Shown here piece by piece: positions 6,435 to 15,557 of a stretch of DNA of 18,890 bases (position 1 is its first letter; every line of letters begins with the position of its first letter). The notes under the pieces are model-generated. The model was not told the DNA's origin. It was given only the letters and a program-made list of their open reading frames with translations, and did no database searches. The position numbers were made by a program, and so were the translations under genes. The DNA comes from a virus: the UHGV virus genome UHGV-0367476; one strand, 5' to 3'.

Positions 6435-7454
6435 TTAATCACCTTCCAGCTCACTGTCTTTCAGGAAATTAAGGTACAGGTGCGGCGGTACATCACTTTC
6501 CTGTCCCACTGCGGCGGTAAACATGCGCTGAATGGGTAAAATCTCTGCTTTGCGGTAGGTTTTGGCCGCTTTCTCAACATCTCCCATTACTGCGCCGTTC
6601 GTCGGGATAATCCCCGCCAGTCCTGCCGGGAAGCGATGCGCGGTCAGCACGTCCTGGGCGCTGATGCTCTTGATGTTCTGAAACTCATCTTTGGCGCTGA
6701 TATCGCCAATCGGGATAAATTTGATACCATCCGGATCGCCTTTGGGAATGTTCACGAACATGGTGCTGAAGTTTCCGATCCCCTTCGACTGTTCCAGCTT
6801 GCTGATAATCTCTTCTTCCACCTCGTCGGTCATGTTCGGATCATTAGAATAGATAATGCCCCCGGTGTGAGCGCCGTTGTGGTAGTAACGGCGGCGGAAG
6901 ATTGTTGCCTCACCGTTCAGCAGTGCGGAGTGAATGCCGCTGATGTAATCCGGCAGGCCATAGATCGCCTGCTGTGGGTCATACTGCTTCAGAAAAATGA
7001 TATCTTCAGGTGGGTAAATCATCGGTTCAGCCTGTTGCAGCACGACGAACTCTCCCGTTTTACGCTGGCGGGTATACAGCGCCGGCAGCGGGTACAGCGC
7101 CACCACATCCCCCCATCCGTTACGCACTTTCAGAATGGCCACATCACCGAACGTCAGCCAGTCGAATACCGCCGCACCCAGCTGTTCATGCGTCAGCCCG
7201 CCATTTTCGTAGTTGGCCGTCACCATATTGCGGCGGGCATACAGTACACCGCCATGCTGTGCATTGAGGTTAACCAGCTGCGCCAGTGCCAGCCGGTCAA
7301 TCGGCAGCGTCCAGTGCTCCGCCTCGTTGTCGTACCACACATCGGTATAGTTGGTACCAGTGGTCAGAATGGGTTCCGGTTTACCCAGGCTGATAAGGCT
7401 CATATGGCGCGGTTTTGGGGCGCTGCGGCGTTCCCTGAATTTGCGTTTCTTCAT
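6435..7454 (-). CDS. Q: Portal protein (P2 gpQ-like), 339 aa
   Basis: Size and position downstream of the large terminase on the leftward strand as in P2; start ATG overlaps terminase stop (ATGA). Confidence 0.85.
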   Translation of the reverse strand: MKKRKFRERRSAPKPRHMSLISLGKPEPILTTGTNYTDVWYDNEAEHWTLPIDRLALAQLVNLNAQHGGVLYARRNMVTANYENGGLTHEQLGAAVFDWLTFGDVAILKVRNGWGDVVALYPLPALYTRQRKTGEFVVLQQAEPMIYPPEDIIFLKQYDPQQAIYGLPDYISGIHSALLNGEATIFRRRYYHNGAHTGGIIYSNDPNMTDEVEEEIISKLEQSKGIGNFSTMFVNIPKGDPDGIKFIPIGDISAKDEFQNIKSISAQDVLTAHRFPAGLAGIIPTNGAVMGDVEKAAKTYRKAEILPIQRMFTAAVGQESDVPPHLYLNFLKDSELEGD

Positions 7455-9253
7455 GCTGCTTTCCCTAAGTTTCCCCAGCGGGATTTGCGCTGGTTTCCGT
7501 AATTGAGTGGTTCATTGTCGATGGCGTGGGCGATAGCCCAGAAACTGTCTGCGTGTCCTGTTTCTGCTGTGCGATCGGCGACGAATGTCATCGCGTTGCC
7601 GCTGGCCGTGGACGTGCGGCGGATGGTCATAAAGCTGGCGGCGATTTCGGTCTTCTCCTTATCCCATTCCACGCGGCCGTCTTCGATTACGTCAATCATC
7701 TTCATCACCAGACGATTTTTGGTCTCGACGCCGTAGCGGATCGCGACCGCCTGACGCATGGCAAAGTGCTGAACATCTTCAAAGACACCGCTTCCAAGCC
7801 CGGTGATATCAATGCCGATGTAGGTCATGTTGTACTGGCCAAACAGCTTTTTGATTTGTGCCGCCTGCCACTTCCAGTTCATCCCCTGCCAGTGGAAGAC
7901 ACGCAGCACGCGAAATTTTTCGCCGGCCAGTACGGGAGGCGCGACTATCACAAAGGTGGACGTGTCGCCGCTGCGTGCCGGGTCATAGCCCGCCCACACT
8001 TCGCGGTTGCCGAACGGTCGGGGCAAGTTTTCGTCATGGTCTTCCCATGTGGCAGGATCCACACAGCAGCGTTCAACATGGGAAAACGAAAATACGCTGT
8101 CTTTACTGTCCACAAACACGCACATATAGAGCATGTTGAACGTGTCGCGGTTGTAGCGGTTGCGTAGCTTCTCGATGCTGGCCAGGTTGTAGCCACCCGC
8201 GATAGCGTCTTCCATCGTAATGATGTAACGCCACTGGCCGTCAGGACAAAGCCGCCCACCGTCGCGCAGCTCTTTATCGGTCGGGAATACTGTTCGTGCG
8301 CGCTTTTTGTCGCCGCGCTTCCATTCCTCGCCTGTCCAGAACGGGTACGCCTGGTGGGTCTTGCTGCTTGGCGTGGAAAAGTAGGTGGTGCGCCATTTAT
8401 CAATCGTGGCCATTGCGCTGGCCACTTCATTCAGTTTGGCGAAGTTCGGAACCCAGAAATATTCATCACAGTACAGATGGCCGTTATAGGACTGTGCGGT
8501 ATTTTTGTTGGTGGACAGGAAGCGCAGCTCCGCGCCGTTGGACAGACGGATGGGGTTGCCGGTGAGTTCCACGCCAAAATACTGCTCTGCGATGTTGACG
8601 ATGTAGCTGCGAAAGACTTCCGCCTGGGCTTTGGATGCAGAGAGAAAAATTTGCGGATCGCCTGTCATAACCGCACTTTCAAAGGCTTCTATCGAAAAAT
8701 ACCAGGTAGCGCCAATCTGGCGGCTTTTGAGTATATTTCTGACCTGCTGGCCAAGATTGGCTCGCAGATGTTTTTGATAGCCGAAGAAATGCTCTGCGGC
8801 GAATGCGTCAAAATCCTCCTGAGTAAGTTTGCTGATATCGTTCTTTTTGTATTTTCCGCGTTTACCCGATTTATCCCCATCACCAGACTGGCGCGGTGCA
8901 GCTCCATCTTCGCCGCCACGGTGTTTAATTTCGGCCAGCTTTTCCTGATGCTTATTATGCTGCGCACGGAGTTTCACCAGATGGGCTACGAGGCTGTCCA
9001 GCTCGCGTAGCTCCAGCTCTGATTTTCCCTCTCGCAGCGTCAGCGACTGCACGCGGCGATTCAGCGCGTCTTCCGTGGATTCATGACTGAGCAGTTCCGC
9101 CCAGCAATATTTCTCCGCCCAGTAATAAACAATTCGCCGGTTGGGTAAGTTAAGTTCGCTGGCAATTTCCTGCGGTGTATAGCGCTTCAGGTATAGCGCC
9201 CTTGCCACTCCTTTTAGTTCTTCACTGTATTTTGCCATTGGCTTCCTTGCCAT
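7451..9253 (-). CDS. P: Terminase large (ATPase) subunit (P2 gpP-like), 600 aa; alternative start at 9238 has the better AAGGAAG ribosome-binding site
   Basis: Size matches P2 gpP (~590 aa); divergent from scaffold/capsid genes; long uninterrupted frame. Confidence 0.88.
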   Translation of the reverse strand: MARKPMAKYSEELKGVARALYLKRYTPQEIASELNLPNRRIVYYWAEKYCWAELLSHESTEDALNRRVQSLTLREGKSELELRELDSLVAHLVKLRAQHNKHQEKLAEIKHRGGEDGAAPRQSGDGDKSGKRGKYKKNDISKLTQEDFDAFAAEHFFGYQKHLRANLGQQVRNILKSRQIGATWYFSIEAFESAVMTGDPQIFLSASKAQAEVFRSYIVNIAEQYFGVELTGNPIRLSNGAELRFLSTNKNTAQSYNGHLYCDEYFWVPNFAKLNEVASAMATIDKWRTTYFSTPSSKTHQAYPFWTGEEWKRGDKKRARTVFPTDKELRDGGRLCPDGQWRYIITMEDAIAGGYNLASIEKLRNRYNRDTFNMLYMCVFVDSKDSVFSFSHVERCCVDPATWEDHDENLPRPFGNREVWAGYDPARSGDTSTFVIVAPPVLAGEKFRVLRVFHWQGMNWKWQAAQIKKLFGQYNMTYIGIDITGLGSGVFEDVQHFAMRQAVAIRYGVETKNRLVMKMIDVIEDGRVEWDKEKTEIAASFMTIRRTSTASGNAMTFVADRTAETGHADSFWAIAHAIDNEPLNYGNQRKSRWGNLGKAA

Positions 9254-9423
9254 AATTCATCTGTTTATTAATAAGCGAATTATTCAGCAATTCAGCCGCG
9301 ATTTTTGAAAATTAATTCTGCTGAGTTCGGTTATTGCTTATATCCGAATTTCACCGAAATAATTGGAATGCGTGGGTGTATTTTATTGGTGATACTGAGC
9401 CTCGCAGAATGAACGGAGGCAAT
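9254..9423. promoter_or_regulatory. Divergent late-promoter region between terminase P (leftward) and scaffold O (rightward)
   Basis: 170-bp AT-rich intergenic region at the P/O divergence, as for P2 late promoters; contains tandem AATTCAGC repeat (about 9291-9306) and CCGAA repeats; no TGT-N12-ACA dyad found. Confidence 0.55.
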
Positions 9424-10263
9424 ATGTCAGGTTCACAACTGGCAACAAACTGGATTTGTATCGCCACTGCGGGTGAAACGGTCGATAAAAGAACCATTGA
9501 AGAACAATGGTTACTTGATGCCGCTGAATTATATGACCCCAATTTATATACCGCGCTGTTATGGCCGGAACATACCCGCAATTTCGGGAATATGGGGGAA
9601 GTGCTGGAAGTAAAAGCCGAGCGGGATGATGAAGGTATTCTTCGTTTATACGCCCGACTCTGTCCGGCTATAGCGTTGCTTCAGGCGAATGCGAAGGGGC
9701 AGCTTTTATTTTTATCACCGGAGTTTACACCGGACGGGAATTTCAGAAATACCGGGAAAACCTATCTTGAGGGGCTGGCCATTACTGACAGTCCGGCCGG
9801 GGTAAGCACCACACGGCTACGTTTCAGCCGCACCAGGGGAAAACGCATCGGACCATACAAGCCGCTGGCGTTTGATGAAGTCAGGGAATTTAAAAAGGAA
9901 AAGGGAATGTCAAAGACAGCGAAAAAGGGCTGGCGCCATTTTTTCAGTATCGAAGAACCGGAGCAGACCCCGGAGCAGGAACCTTCACAGTCTGATGCCT
10001 TACAGGCGCTGGCTGAAGCGCTGGATGCCATTGATAAGCGCGTATCTGCTATTGAAACCCGTCTGGGTGAGGCGGAAGAAGCGGTATCTGATGTGCAGGA
10101 CGATGTGGACACCGTGAAGGAAGTGGTGGACACCGAAGATTTTGCGCGTCTGGTGGGGAACCTGCCGGAGCTGGTGAAAAACTTCAGCAAGCTGAATAAC
10201 AAAGTTACTCAACTGCCGGACAAGAAATTCAGCAAGGGCAAAAAAGGCTTCAATTTCCTGTAA
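9424..10263 (+). CDS. O: Capsid scaffolding protein (P2 gpO-like), 279 aa from ATG 9424
   Basis: GGAGG 4 nt upstream of ATG; position and size match gpO; acidic coiled-coil-like C-terminal half; track start 9334 is an upstream extension. Confidence 0.85.
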   Translation: MSGSQLATNWICIATAGETVDKRTIEEQWLLDAAELYDPNLYTALLWPEHTRNFGNMGEVLEVKAERDDEGILRLYARLCPAIALLQANAKGQLLFLSPEFTPDGNFRNTGKTYLEGLAITDSPAGVSTTRLRFSRTRGKRIGPYKPLAFDEVREFKKEKGMSKTAKKGWRHFFSIEEPEQTPEQEPSQSDALQALAEALDAIDKRVSAIETRLGEAEEAVSDVQDDVDTVKEVVDTEDFARLVGNLPELVKNFSKLNNKVTQLPDKKFSKGKKGFNFL

Positions 10264-10297
10264 GGGATAACACTACTTTTCTTTAAGGAAAAAGAAT

Positions 10298-11326
10298 ATG
10301 CAATTAAATGCGAAAGCCCGTGAGTTTCTGCTTCAGTATCACACCGGGCTGCGTGAATCCTACGGGGCGACCGACAGCGAACGCTGGTTTGCACTCACCG
10401 ACCCCAAAGAAACCCAGCTGCGCAATGCGCTGATGGAGCAGTCTGATTTCCTGAATCTGATCACCGTTGCCGATGTCGATCAGCTGCAGGGGCAGGTGGT
10501 TCCGGTTGGCAGCTCTGGCCTGTATACCGGGCGTGTACTGGATGGCCGCTTCCGTAAGAAAGTGGGCGTGAGTGGTAATGATTACAGTCTGGTCGAGACC
10601 GACTCATGCGCCGCACTCACCTGGCAGTTGCTTTCTGTCTGGGCGAACGCCGGCGATGAAAACGAGTTTTTCCAGCGTGTTCAGGAGTTCACTAATCAGG
10701 CGTTTGCGCTGGATATGCTGCGTATCGGCTTTAACGGTACCAAAGTGGCCGAAACCACGAACGCGGAAACCAACCCGAACGGCGAGGATGTGAACAAGGG
10801 CTGGCATCAGATCGTCAAAGAGTGGAAGGACGGCCAGCAGATCATCACTGATGCGGTGGTGCTTGACGGTGACGGGAAAGGCGATTACGTGTCGCTGGAT
10901 GCAATGGCCTCCGACCTTATCAACGCCAAAATCCCGGCACAGTACCGTAATGATCCACGCCTGGTGGTTCTTGTCGGCGCTGATCTGGTCGCGGCGGAGT
11001 CGTTCCGTCTGTATCAGAAAGCAGACAAACCCACGGAGAAGATCGCTGCGCAACTGCTGTCTGACAGCATCGCTGGCCGCACGGCCTACGTACCGCCGTT
11101 TATGCCAGGCAAACGCATGATTGTTACGACACTGCCAAACCTGCACATCTATACCCAGCGCGGCACGCGTCAGCGTAAAGCGGAGTTTGTGGAAGACCGT
11201 AAACAGTACGAAAACAAATACCTGCGTAACGAAGGTTATGCGGTTGAGTATCCGGAACTGTACGCCGCGTTTGATGAAAGTGCGGTAGCTATCGGGGCAC
11301 CTGTCGCGCCTCCGGCAGGCGAGTAA
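10298..11326 (+). CDS. N: Major capsid protein (P2 gpN-like), 342 aa
   Basis: Shared blocks with P2 N as recalled (GFNGTK..., GDYVSLDA...); AAGGA Shine-Dalgarno; position after scaffold. Confidence 0.9.
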   Translation: MQLNAKAREFLLQYHTGLRESYGATDSERWFALTDPKETQLRNALMEQSDFLNLITVADVDQLQGQVVPVGSSGLYTGRVLDGRFRKKVGVSGNDYSLVETDSCAALTWQLLSVWANAGDENEFFQRVQEFTNQAFALDMLRIGFNGTKVAETTNAETNPNGEDVNKGWHQIVKEWKDGQQIITDAVVLDGDGKGDYVSLDAMASDLINAKIPAQYRNDPRLVVLVGADLVAAESFRLYQKADKPTEKIAAQLLSDSIAGRTAYVPPFMPGKRMIVTTLPNLHIYTQRGTRQRKAEFVEDRKQYENKYLRNEGYAVEYPELYAAFDESAVAIGAPVAPPAGE

Positions 11327-11336
11327 GGGGGATTTA

Positions 11337-12050
11337 ATGCAACTGTCACCGGCACAGCGCCACAGCGCACGAATTGAAGCGGAGCGGTTACTGCGACAGC
11401 AGCAGTCTCTGGACACGGAAACCAGCCTGCATATTCAGATTGTCGCGCTGGAGAAAGATGTCGCCGCAGCTGCAGCGATTGAAAGCCGCGCTGAGCGAAT
11501 GGAATTTAAGCGTGATGTGCTGTTACCGCGCTGGATGCCAACCGCGCAATCCTGGCTGGAAGGTGACAGTGTGCAACAGAATCCTGTTTTTGCCTGGTGT
11601 GTCGTCTGGCTGTTTGATACAGGCCAGTTTGACCAGGCGCTGGACTGGGCGGATGTGGCAATCCAGCGGGGGCAGGAAACCCCGGCCGCGTTCGGCAGCG
11701 CGTTCCCGGTGTTTGTGGCGGATACGGTGTTGTCCTGGGCGGAAGCGGAAGCCGTACAGGGGCATGATGTGGAGCCGTATTTTGGCCGTACGCTGGAAAA
11801 CGTGACGCAGCACTGGAATGTGTATGAGGTCATTAAGGCCAAATACCTGAAGTTTGCCGGTCTGCACCTGCTACGCGATGAAAACGGAGAGCCACGCGCA
11901 GCGGCAACGGAAGACAGGGAAGTATTGCTCCGGGCTAAGGAACTGCTGGAGCAGGCGAAGGGATTCGACCCTAAATGTGGTGTCGGCACGATGTTGCAGC
12001 GTATTGCTGCGCGTCTGCGGGCGCTGAAAAAAGAGTCTACGGGAGTTTGA
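11337..12050 (+). CDS. M: Terminase small subunit (P2 gpM-like), 237 aa
   Basis: Position after capsid gene, size close to gpM (247 aa), GGGGG ribosome-binding site. Confidence 0.85.
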   Translation: MQLSPAQRHSARIEAERLLRQQQSLDTETSLHIQIVALEKDVAAAAAIESRAERMEFKRDVLLPRWMPTAQSWLEGDSVQQNPVFAWCVVWLFDTGQFDQALDWADVAIQRGQETPAAFGSAFPVFVADTVLSWAEAEAVQGHDVEPYFGRTLENVTQHWNVYEVIKAKYLKFAGLHLLRDENGEPRAAATEDREVLLRAKELLEQAKGFDPKCGVGTMLQRIAARLRALKKESTGV

Positions 12051-12051
12051 T

Positions 12052-12243
12052 ATGTCGTTTAAGCATGAGTTAGGCCAGGTTGTTGAAGTTTCCATTAGCG
12101 GCGAAGAGGGGCATATCAAAGCCCGTGCGGAGTACACCAACAGCTGCAATCAGTATCTGATCCACTATCAGACTGCTGACGGCCGCGCATCTGATGCGTG
12201 GTTTGAAGAAGGTGAGATTCAGGCCGCAAAACGCGGCGAGTAA
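12052..12243 (+). CDS. Small hypothetical protein (63 aa) inserted between M and L
   Basis: ATG overlaps M stop region with GGGAG ribosome-binding site; no P2 counterpart at this position; followed by a structured hairpin and T-tract. Confidence 0.55.
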   Translation: MSFKHELGQVVEVSISGEEGHIKARAEYTNSCNQYLIHYQTADGRASDAWFEEGEIQAAKRGE

Positions 12244-12252
12244 GACTACCGA

Positions 12253-12323
12253 CCCGAAAGCGGGCGCGGTGGAGGGGATCGCATAAGCGTATCGCCCGTG
12301 GAAACCGGCCAGCCCGCTTTTTT
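12253..12323 (+). terminator. Structured region with hairpins (CCCG-AAAG-CGGG at 12253-12264; GCGGGC...GCCCGC pairing) ending in T6 (12318-12323): possible partial terminator/attenuator
   Basis: Inverted repeats followed by tttttt directly upstream of the L ribosome-binding site. Confidence 0.35.
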
Positions 12324-12336
12324 CCGGAGAAACAGG

Positions 12337-12789
12337 ATGTTCAGCGGAACTTCAATTGATTTTGACGATGCCACTCTGACGAATGATGGCTTCTGGCCTG
12401 ACCTGAGCGTGAAGGATTTTCAGTCCCAGCGCACCATTCCGGCCGATATTGATGCGGCCACCATCCGCCAGGCACTGCTGACTGCAGCCGGCGAAATCAA
12501 TGATGATCTGGTCAGTGTGGCGGCAAGGTATCGCAATGCTGGCCATGAGCGCGCGGCGGACGTTCCGGGCGTGGAAATTGACGGCGAAAATCTGTTGTGC
12601 GCCCGTTATCGCAAAGCGGTATATGCACGTGCCAAAGCTGATTTGATGGGCGAATTTGCGTCTGTTGGTCGCCGTGAGAGCCATCCGGGGCAGGAAAGTG
12701 ACGAAACCCGCTCCAGCCTGATTGCAGAGTCCACACTGGCAGTACGCCGCATCAAAGGGCTGAAACGCATTACGGTGGCCATGATATGA
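12337..12789 (+). CDS. L: Head completion/stabilisation protein (P2 gpL-like), 150 aa from ATG 12337
   Basis: N-terminal GFWPDLSVKDF...RIP motif resembles gpL as recalled; position after M; GGAG ribosome-binding site; the track GTG start at 12298 lacks support. Confidence 0.8.
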   Translation: MFSGTSIDFDDATLTNDGFWPDLSVKDFQSQRTIPADIDAATIRQALLTAAGEINDDLVSVAARYRNAGHERAADVPGVEIDGENLLCARYRKAVYARAKADLMGEFASVGRRESHPGQESDETRSSLIAESTLAVRRIKGLKRITVAMI

Positions 12790-13268
12790 GCCAGTTAACG
12801 GCATTAACCGATTTTCTCATTGCGAACATGCCCAGACGGGCAATGCAGGGATTTGACAGTCAGATGGACGAGATCGCGTTCATCCCGGCACAGCGGGACA
12901 CCGGGCTGGGGCAGTACCGTATTGCCATCATCCGTTATAACGCCGTGCTGACGTGGGAGCGTTATCCTTACCGCGAGTACGATCCCAAAATCCTGATGGC
13001 TTTGTTTATGTCGTGGCTTTGCCAGGATGAGCGCACGCTCTTTGAGGAAACCGGCATTGACGCCGAGCTGCCGGAATTTGATATCGAAACCATCGACCAG
13101 GAAACCGCCATCATGGTGGTGACGCTGCCAATGGTGGAGGAACTTAATCTGGTTCCCGATCCCAAAGGCCAGATCCCGTTTGATGGCCAGCGCTGGAAGC
13201 TGGCAAACCCCGAAGTCTGGACGGCTGATGAGGTGACGGTGATCCCGGTCAGTGAGGGGCAGGAATGA
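12786..13268 (+). CDS. Phage structural protein, putative tail completion/neck protein (R-like by position only), 160 aa
   Basis: Translationally coupled to L (ATATGA overlap) and to the following gene; no motif recognised. Confidence 0.5.
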   Translation: MSQLTALTDFLIANMPRRAMQGFDSQMDEIAFIPAQRDTGLGQYRIAIIRYNAVLTWERYPYREYDPKILMALFMSWLCQDERTLFEETGIDAELPEFDIETIDQETAIMVVTLPMVEELNLVPDPKGQIPFDGQRWKLANPEVWTADEVTVIPVSEGQE

Positions 13269-13969
13269 TAAATGGCGAGCTGAACAAGGAACAGTTCCGC
13301 CAGCTCCAGGAGGCGCTGAAAAAACTGGATTTACCTTCTGCGAAACGTCGCCGGCTGTTGTGGCGTATGGCGAAATACGGCGTGGAAGCCGCAGCAAAGC
13401 GTAATGTGCGCAATCAGCAGTCGCCGGAGGGTGATAAGTGGCAGGCGCGACAGACCCGGCGTAAAGGCAAAATGTTGCGCAATATGCCGAAACTGATCCG
13501 CATCCGGGAAATGCCTGAAACAGAGTCGGTCAGGCTGTATCTGGCCGGTGGTCATTACCGGAATGCGAAGGGAAATCTGCCTGCCGGCGTGGTGGGGTAT
13601 GTCCAGCAGAACGGCATGAGCGTGACCGTCAACCGTAAGCAGGTGGAAGGCCGTGAGCAGGGGGACAAGCCTGCATCACTGCGACAGGCGAAACGTCTGC
13701 GCAAGGCCGGGTATAAAGTCAGGCGCGGTAAGCGCTGGCGTAAGCCCGGTTATAAGGAAATACAGGAAAGGATGACCGCCAGACAGGCAGGTTTGCTTAT
13801 CCGGATACTGGAGGACAAACCGGTCAAAACGTCCTGGCAGATTGATTTACCTGCCAGGGCGTTTCTGGGGATAGGTCAGGATGATTTTAACAAAGCGCTG
13901 GCGCGACAGCTGCAGGCTATCGGGTTCGGCTGGGATGTTAACGCGCAGGATATCAGGGGGAGAGCATGA
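13265..13969 (+). CDS. Virion morphogenesis / tail completion protein (P2 gpS family-like) with a long Lys/Arg-rich insertion, 234 aa
   Basis: N-terminal ...KRRRLLWRMAKYGVEAAAKRNVRNQQSPEGDKW... pattern resembles the P2 S family as recalled; position before the sheath gene. Confidence 0.65.
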   Translation: MINGELNKEQFRQLQEALKKLDLPSAKRRRLLWRMAKYGVEAAAKRNVRNQQSPEGDKWQARQTRRKGKMLRNMPKLIRIREMPETESVRLYLAGGHYRNAKGNLPAGVVGYVQQNGMSVTVNRKQVEGREQGDKPASLRQAKRLRKAGYKVRRGKRWRKPGYKEIQERMTARQAGLLIRILEDKPVKTSWQIDLPARAFLGIGQDDFNKALARQLQAIGFGWDVNAQDIRGRA

Positions 13970-15093
13970 CCTGGCCAATTGTGACCGTAAACCAGGTAAA
14001 TCAGCTGCTGGGTGAAACCACGGAAGTGGAGCGCACGCTGCTGTTTATCGGCACGGGAACCAAAAATGTAGGTAAGACGCTGGCAGTTAACGCACAGAGT
14101 GATTTTGATGCGCTGCTGGGCGAGGGTGACAGCCCGTTAAAAAGTGATGTGCTGGCCGCACTGGCGAACGCCGGCCAGAACTGGTGGGGATTTGTTCATG
14201 TGCTGGCCGCAGACAGTGAGCCGGGGGCATGGGTGGAGGCCGTTAAGGCCGCACAGGTCTCCTGTTCGGTGGAAGGTGTGGTGCTGTCTGATGATGTGGC
14301 CGCGAAAGCGCAGATTAATCAGGCGGCAACGCTGCGATCTGAACTGATTGCTAAATACGGGCGCTGGGTGTGGTTCATTCTGGCGGTTCAGGGGATGCAG
14401 CAGGATGAAGCCCAGGCGGATTATCTGGTGCGTCTGTCCACCCTTCAGGAAGGTATCGCGGAAAAAGCGGTACAACTGGTACCCCGTCTCTGGGGGAATG
14501 AACCGGGCGTGCTGGCTGGTCGTCTCTGCAACCGTGCTGTCACTATTGCCGACAGTCCGGCGCGGGTGAAAACAGGCGCGTTGCTGAGTCCAGGAAGCGA
14601 TGAACTGCCGAAAGACGGTACCGGCGAAACGCTGGAACTGGCGACCCTTCAGGCGCTGGAAGCTCAGCGCTACAGCGTGCCGATGTGGTATCCGGACTAT
14701 GACGGCTTTTACTGGGCTGACGGGCGCACGCTGGACGTTGAGGGCGGTGATTACCAGTCCATCGAGACGCTGCGTATTGTGGATAAGGCAGCACGCCGCG
14801 TCCGTCTGCTGGCCATCGGTAAGATTGCCGATCGCTCACTTAACAGTACACCGGGCAGTATTGCCGCACACCAGACGCTGTTTGCCCGTCCGCTGCGGGA
14901 AATGTCCACTGCGGCCAGCATTAACGGCGTGTCATTTCCGGGCGAGGTGAAACCTCCACAGGACGGTGACGTGACCATTGTCTGGAAGAACAAAAAGGCG
15001 GTGGATATTTACATTGTGGTGCGTACGTATGAAGTACCGCTGCAGATCACCATCAGTCTGTTACTGGATGCAAGTCTGGAGGCCAGCGCATGA
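13966..15093 (+). CDS. Putative contractile tail sheath protein, 375 aa
   Basis: Assignment by order and size only: first of two genes preceding chaperone and tape measure (sheath-tube-chaperone-TMP pattern); AGGGGGAG ribosome-binding site. Confidence 0.55.
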   Translation: MTWPIVTVNQVNQLLGETTEVERTLLFIGTGTKNVGKTLAVNAQSDFDALLGEGDSPLKSDVLAALANAGQNWWGFVHVLAADSEPGAWVEAVKAAQVSCSVEGVVLSDDVAAKAQINQAATLRSELIAKYGRWVWFILAVQGMQQDEAQADYLVRLSTLQEGIAEKAVQLVPRLWGNEPGVLAGRLCNRAVTIADSPARVKTGALLSPGSDELPKDGTGETLELATLQALEAQRYSVPMWYPDYDGFYWADGRTLDVEGGDYQSIETLRIVDKAARRVRLLAIGKIADRSLNSTPGSIAAHQTLFARPLREMSTAASINGVSFPGEVKPPQDGDVTIVWKNKKAVDIYIVVRTYEVPLQITISLLLDASLEASA

Positions 15094-15545
15094 CCAAACG
15101 TATTTCAGGGATGTCCTTTGATATCTATCTGGACGGTGACCTGATCCACATTGAAAAAATTTCGCTGGATATTACCGATAACAGCGCCGCCGCACAGACG
15201 CGCGGTGTTCCTGACGGGTATGTGGACGGTGACGTTGCCGCCGAGGGTGAAATTGAAGTCAGCTCCAAAGTGCTGCAGGTTCTGACAGCCAAAGCCCGTT
15301 CAGCGGGGTCATGGCGTGGTATTCCCCCGGTTGACTTCCTTTTTTACGCCAAAGCCGGCAGCGAAGAAATGAAGGTGGAAACCTTTGGTAACAAGCTGCA
15401 GCTCAACAGCGTTCTGGATGGTGATCCGAAGGGTGGCAGTGTGTCCACGCATAAAATCAAATACTTCGTGACAAGTCCGAAGTTCGTCAACATCAACGGT
15501 GTGCCGTATCTGGAAGCGGAAGCCACGGAAAACCTGATTGGATAA
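15090..15545 (+). CDS. Putative tail tube protein, 151 aa
   Basis: Coupled to preceding gene (ATGA overlap), GGAGG ribosome-binding site, size typical of myophage tube proteins; assignment by synteny. Confidence 0.55.
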   Translation: MTKRISGMSFDIYLDGDLIHIEKISLDITDNSAAAQTRGVPDGYVDGDVAAEGEIEVSSKVLQVLTAKARSAGSWRGIPPVDFLFYAKAGSEEMKVETFGNKLQLNSVLDGDPKGGSVSTHKIKYFVTSPKFVNINGVPYLEAEATENLIG

Positions 15546-15557
15546 GAGGCAGCAGGG

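Noticed and set aside
6636-9010. Plus-strand ORFs of 85-288 aa across the Q/P region, and nested minus-strand ORFs
   Set aside because: Antisense or off-frame to portal and terminase genes whose sizes and order match P2; typical high-GC shadow ORFs.
9254-9423. Canonical P2 Ogr-binding dyad TGT-N12-ACA
   Set aside because: Searched by eye on both strands of the P/O intergenic region and not found; the region is annotated only as a generic late-promoter region.
9762-11989. Antisense ORFs including a 270-aa minus-strand ORF (10604-11416) over the capsid and small terminase genes
   Set aside because: Overlap well-supported structural genes on the opposite strand; no ribosome-binding sites or homology recognised.
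12298-12336. GTG start giving a 163-aa head completion protein
   Set aside because: The upstream 13 codons overlap the terminator-like structure; ATG 12337 has a GGAG site at proper spacing and begins the conserved N-terminal motif.
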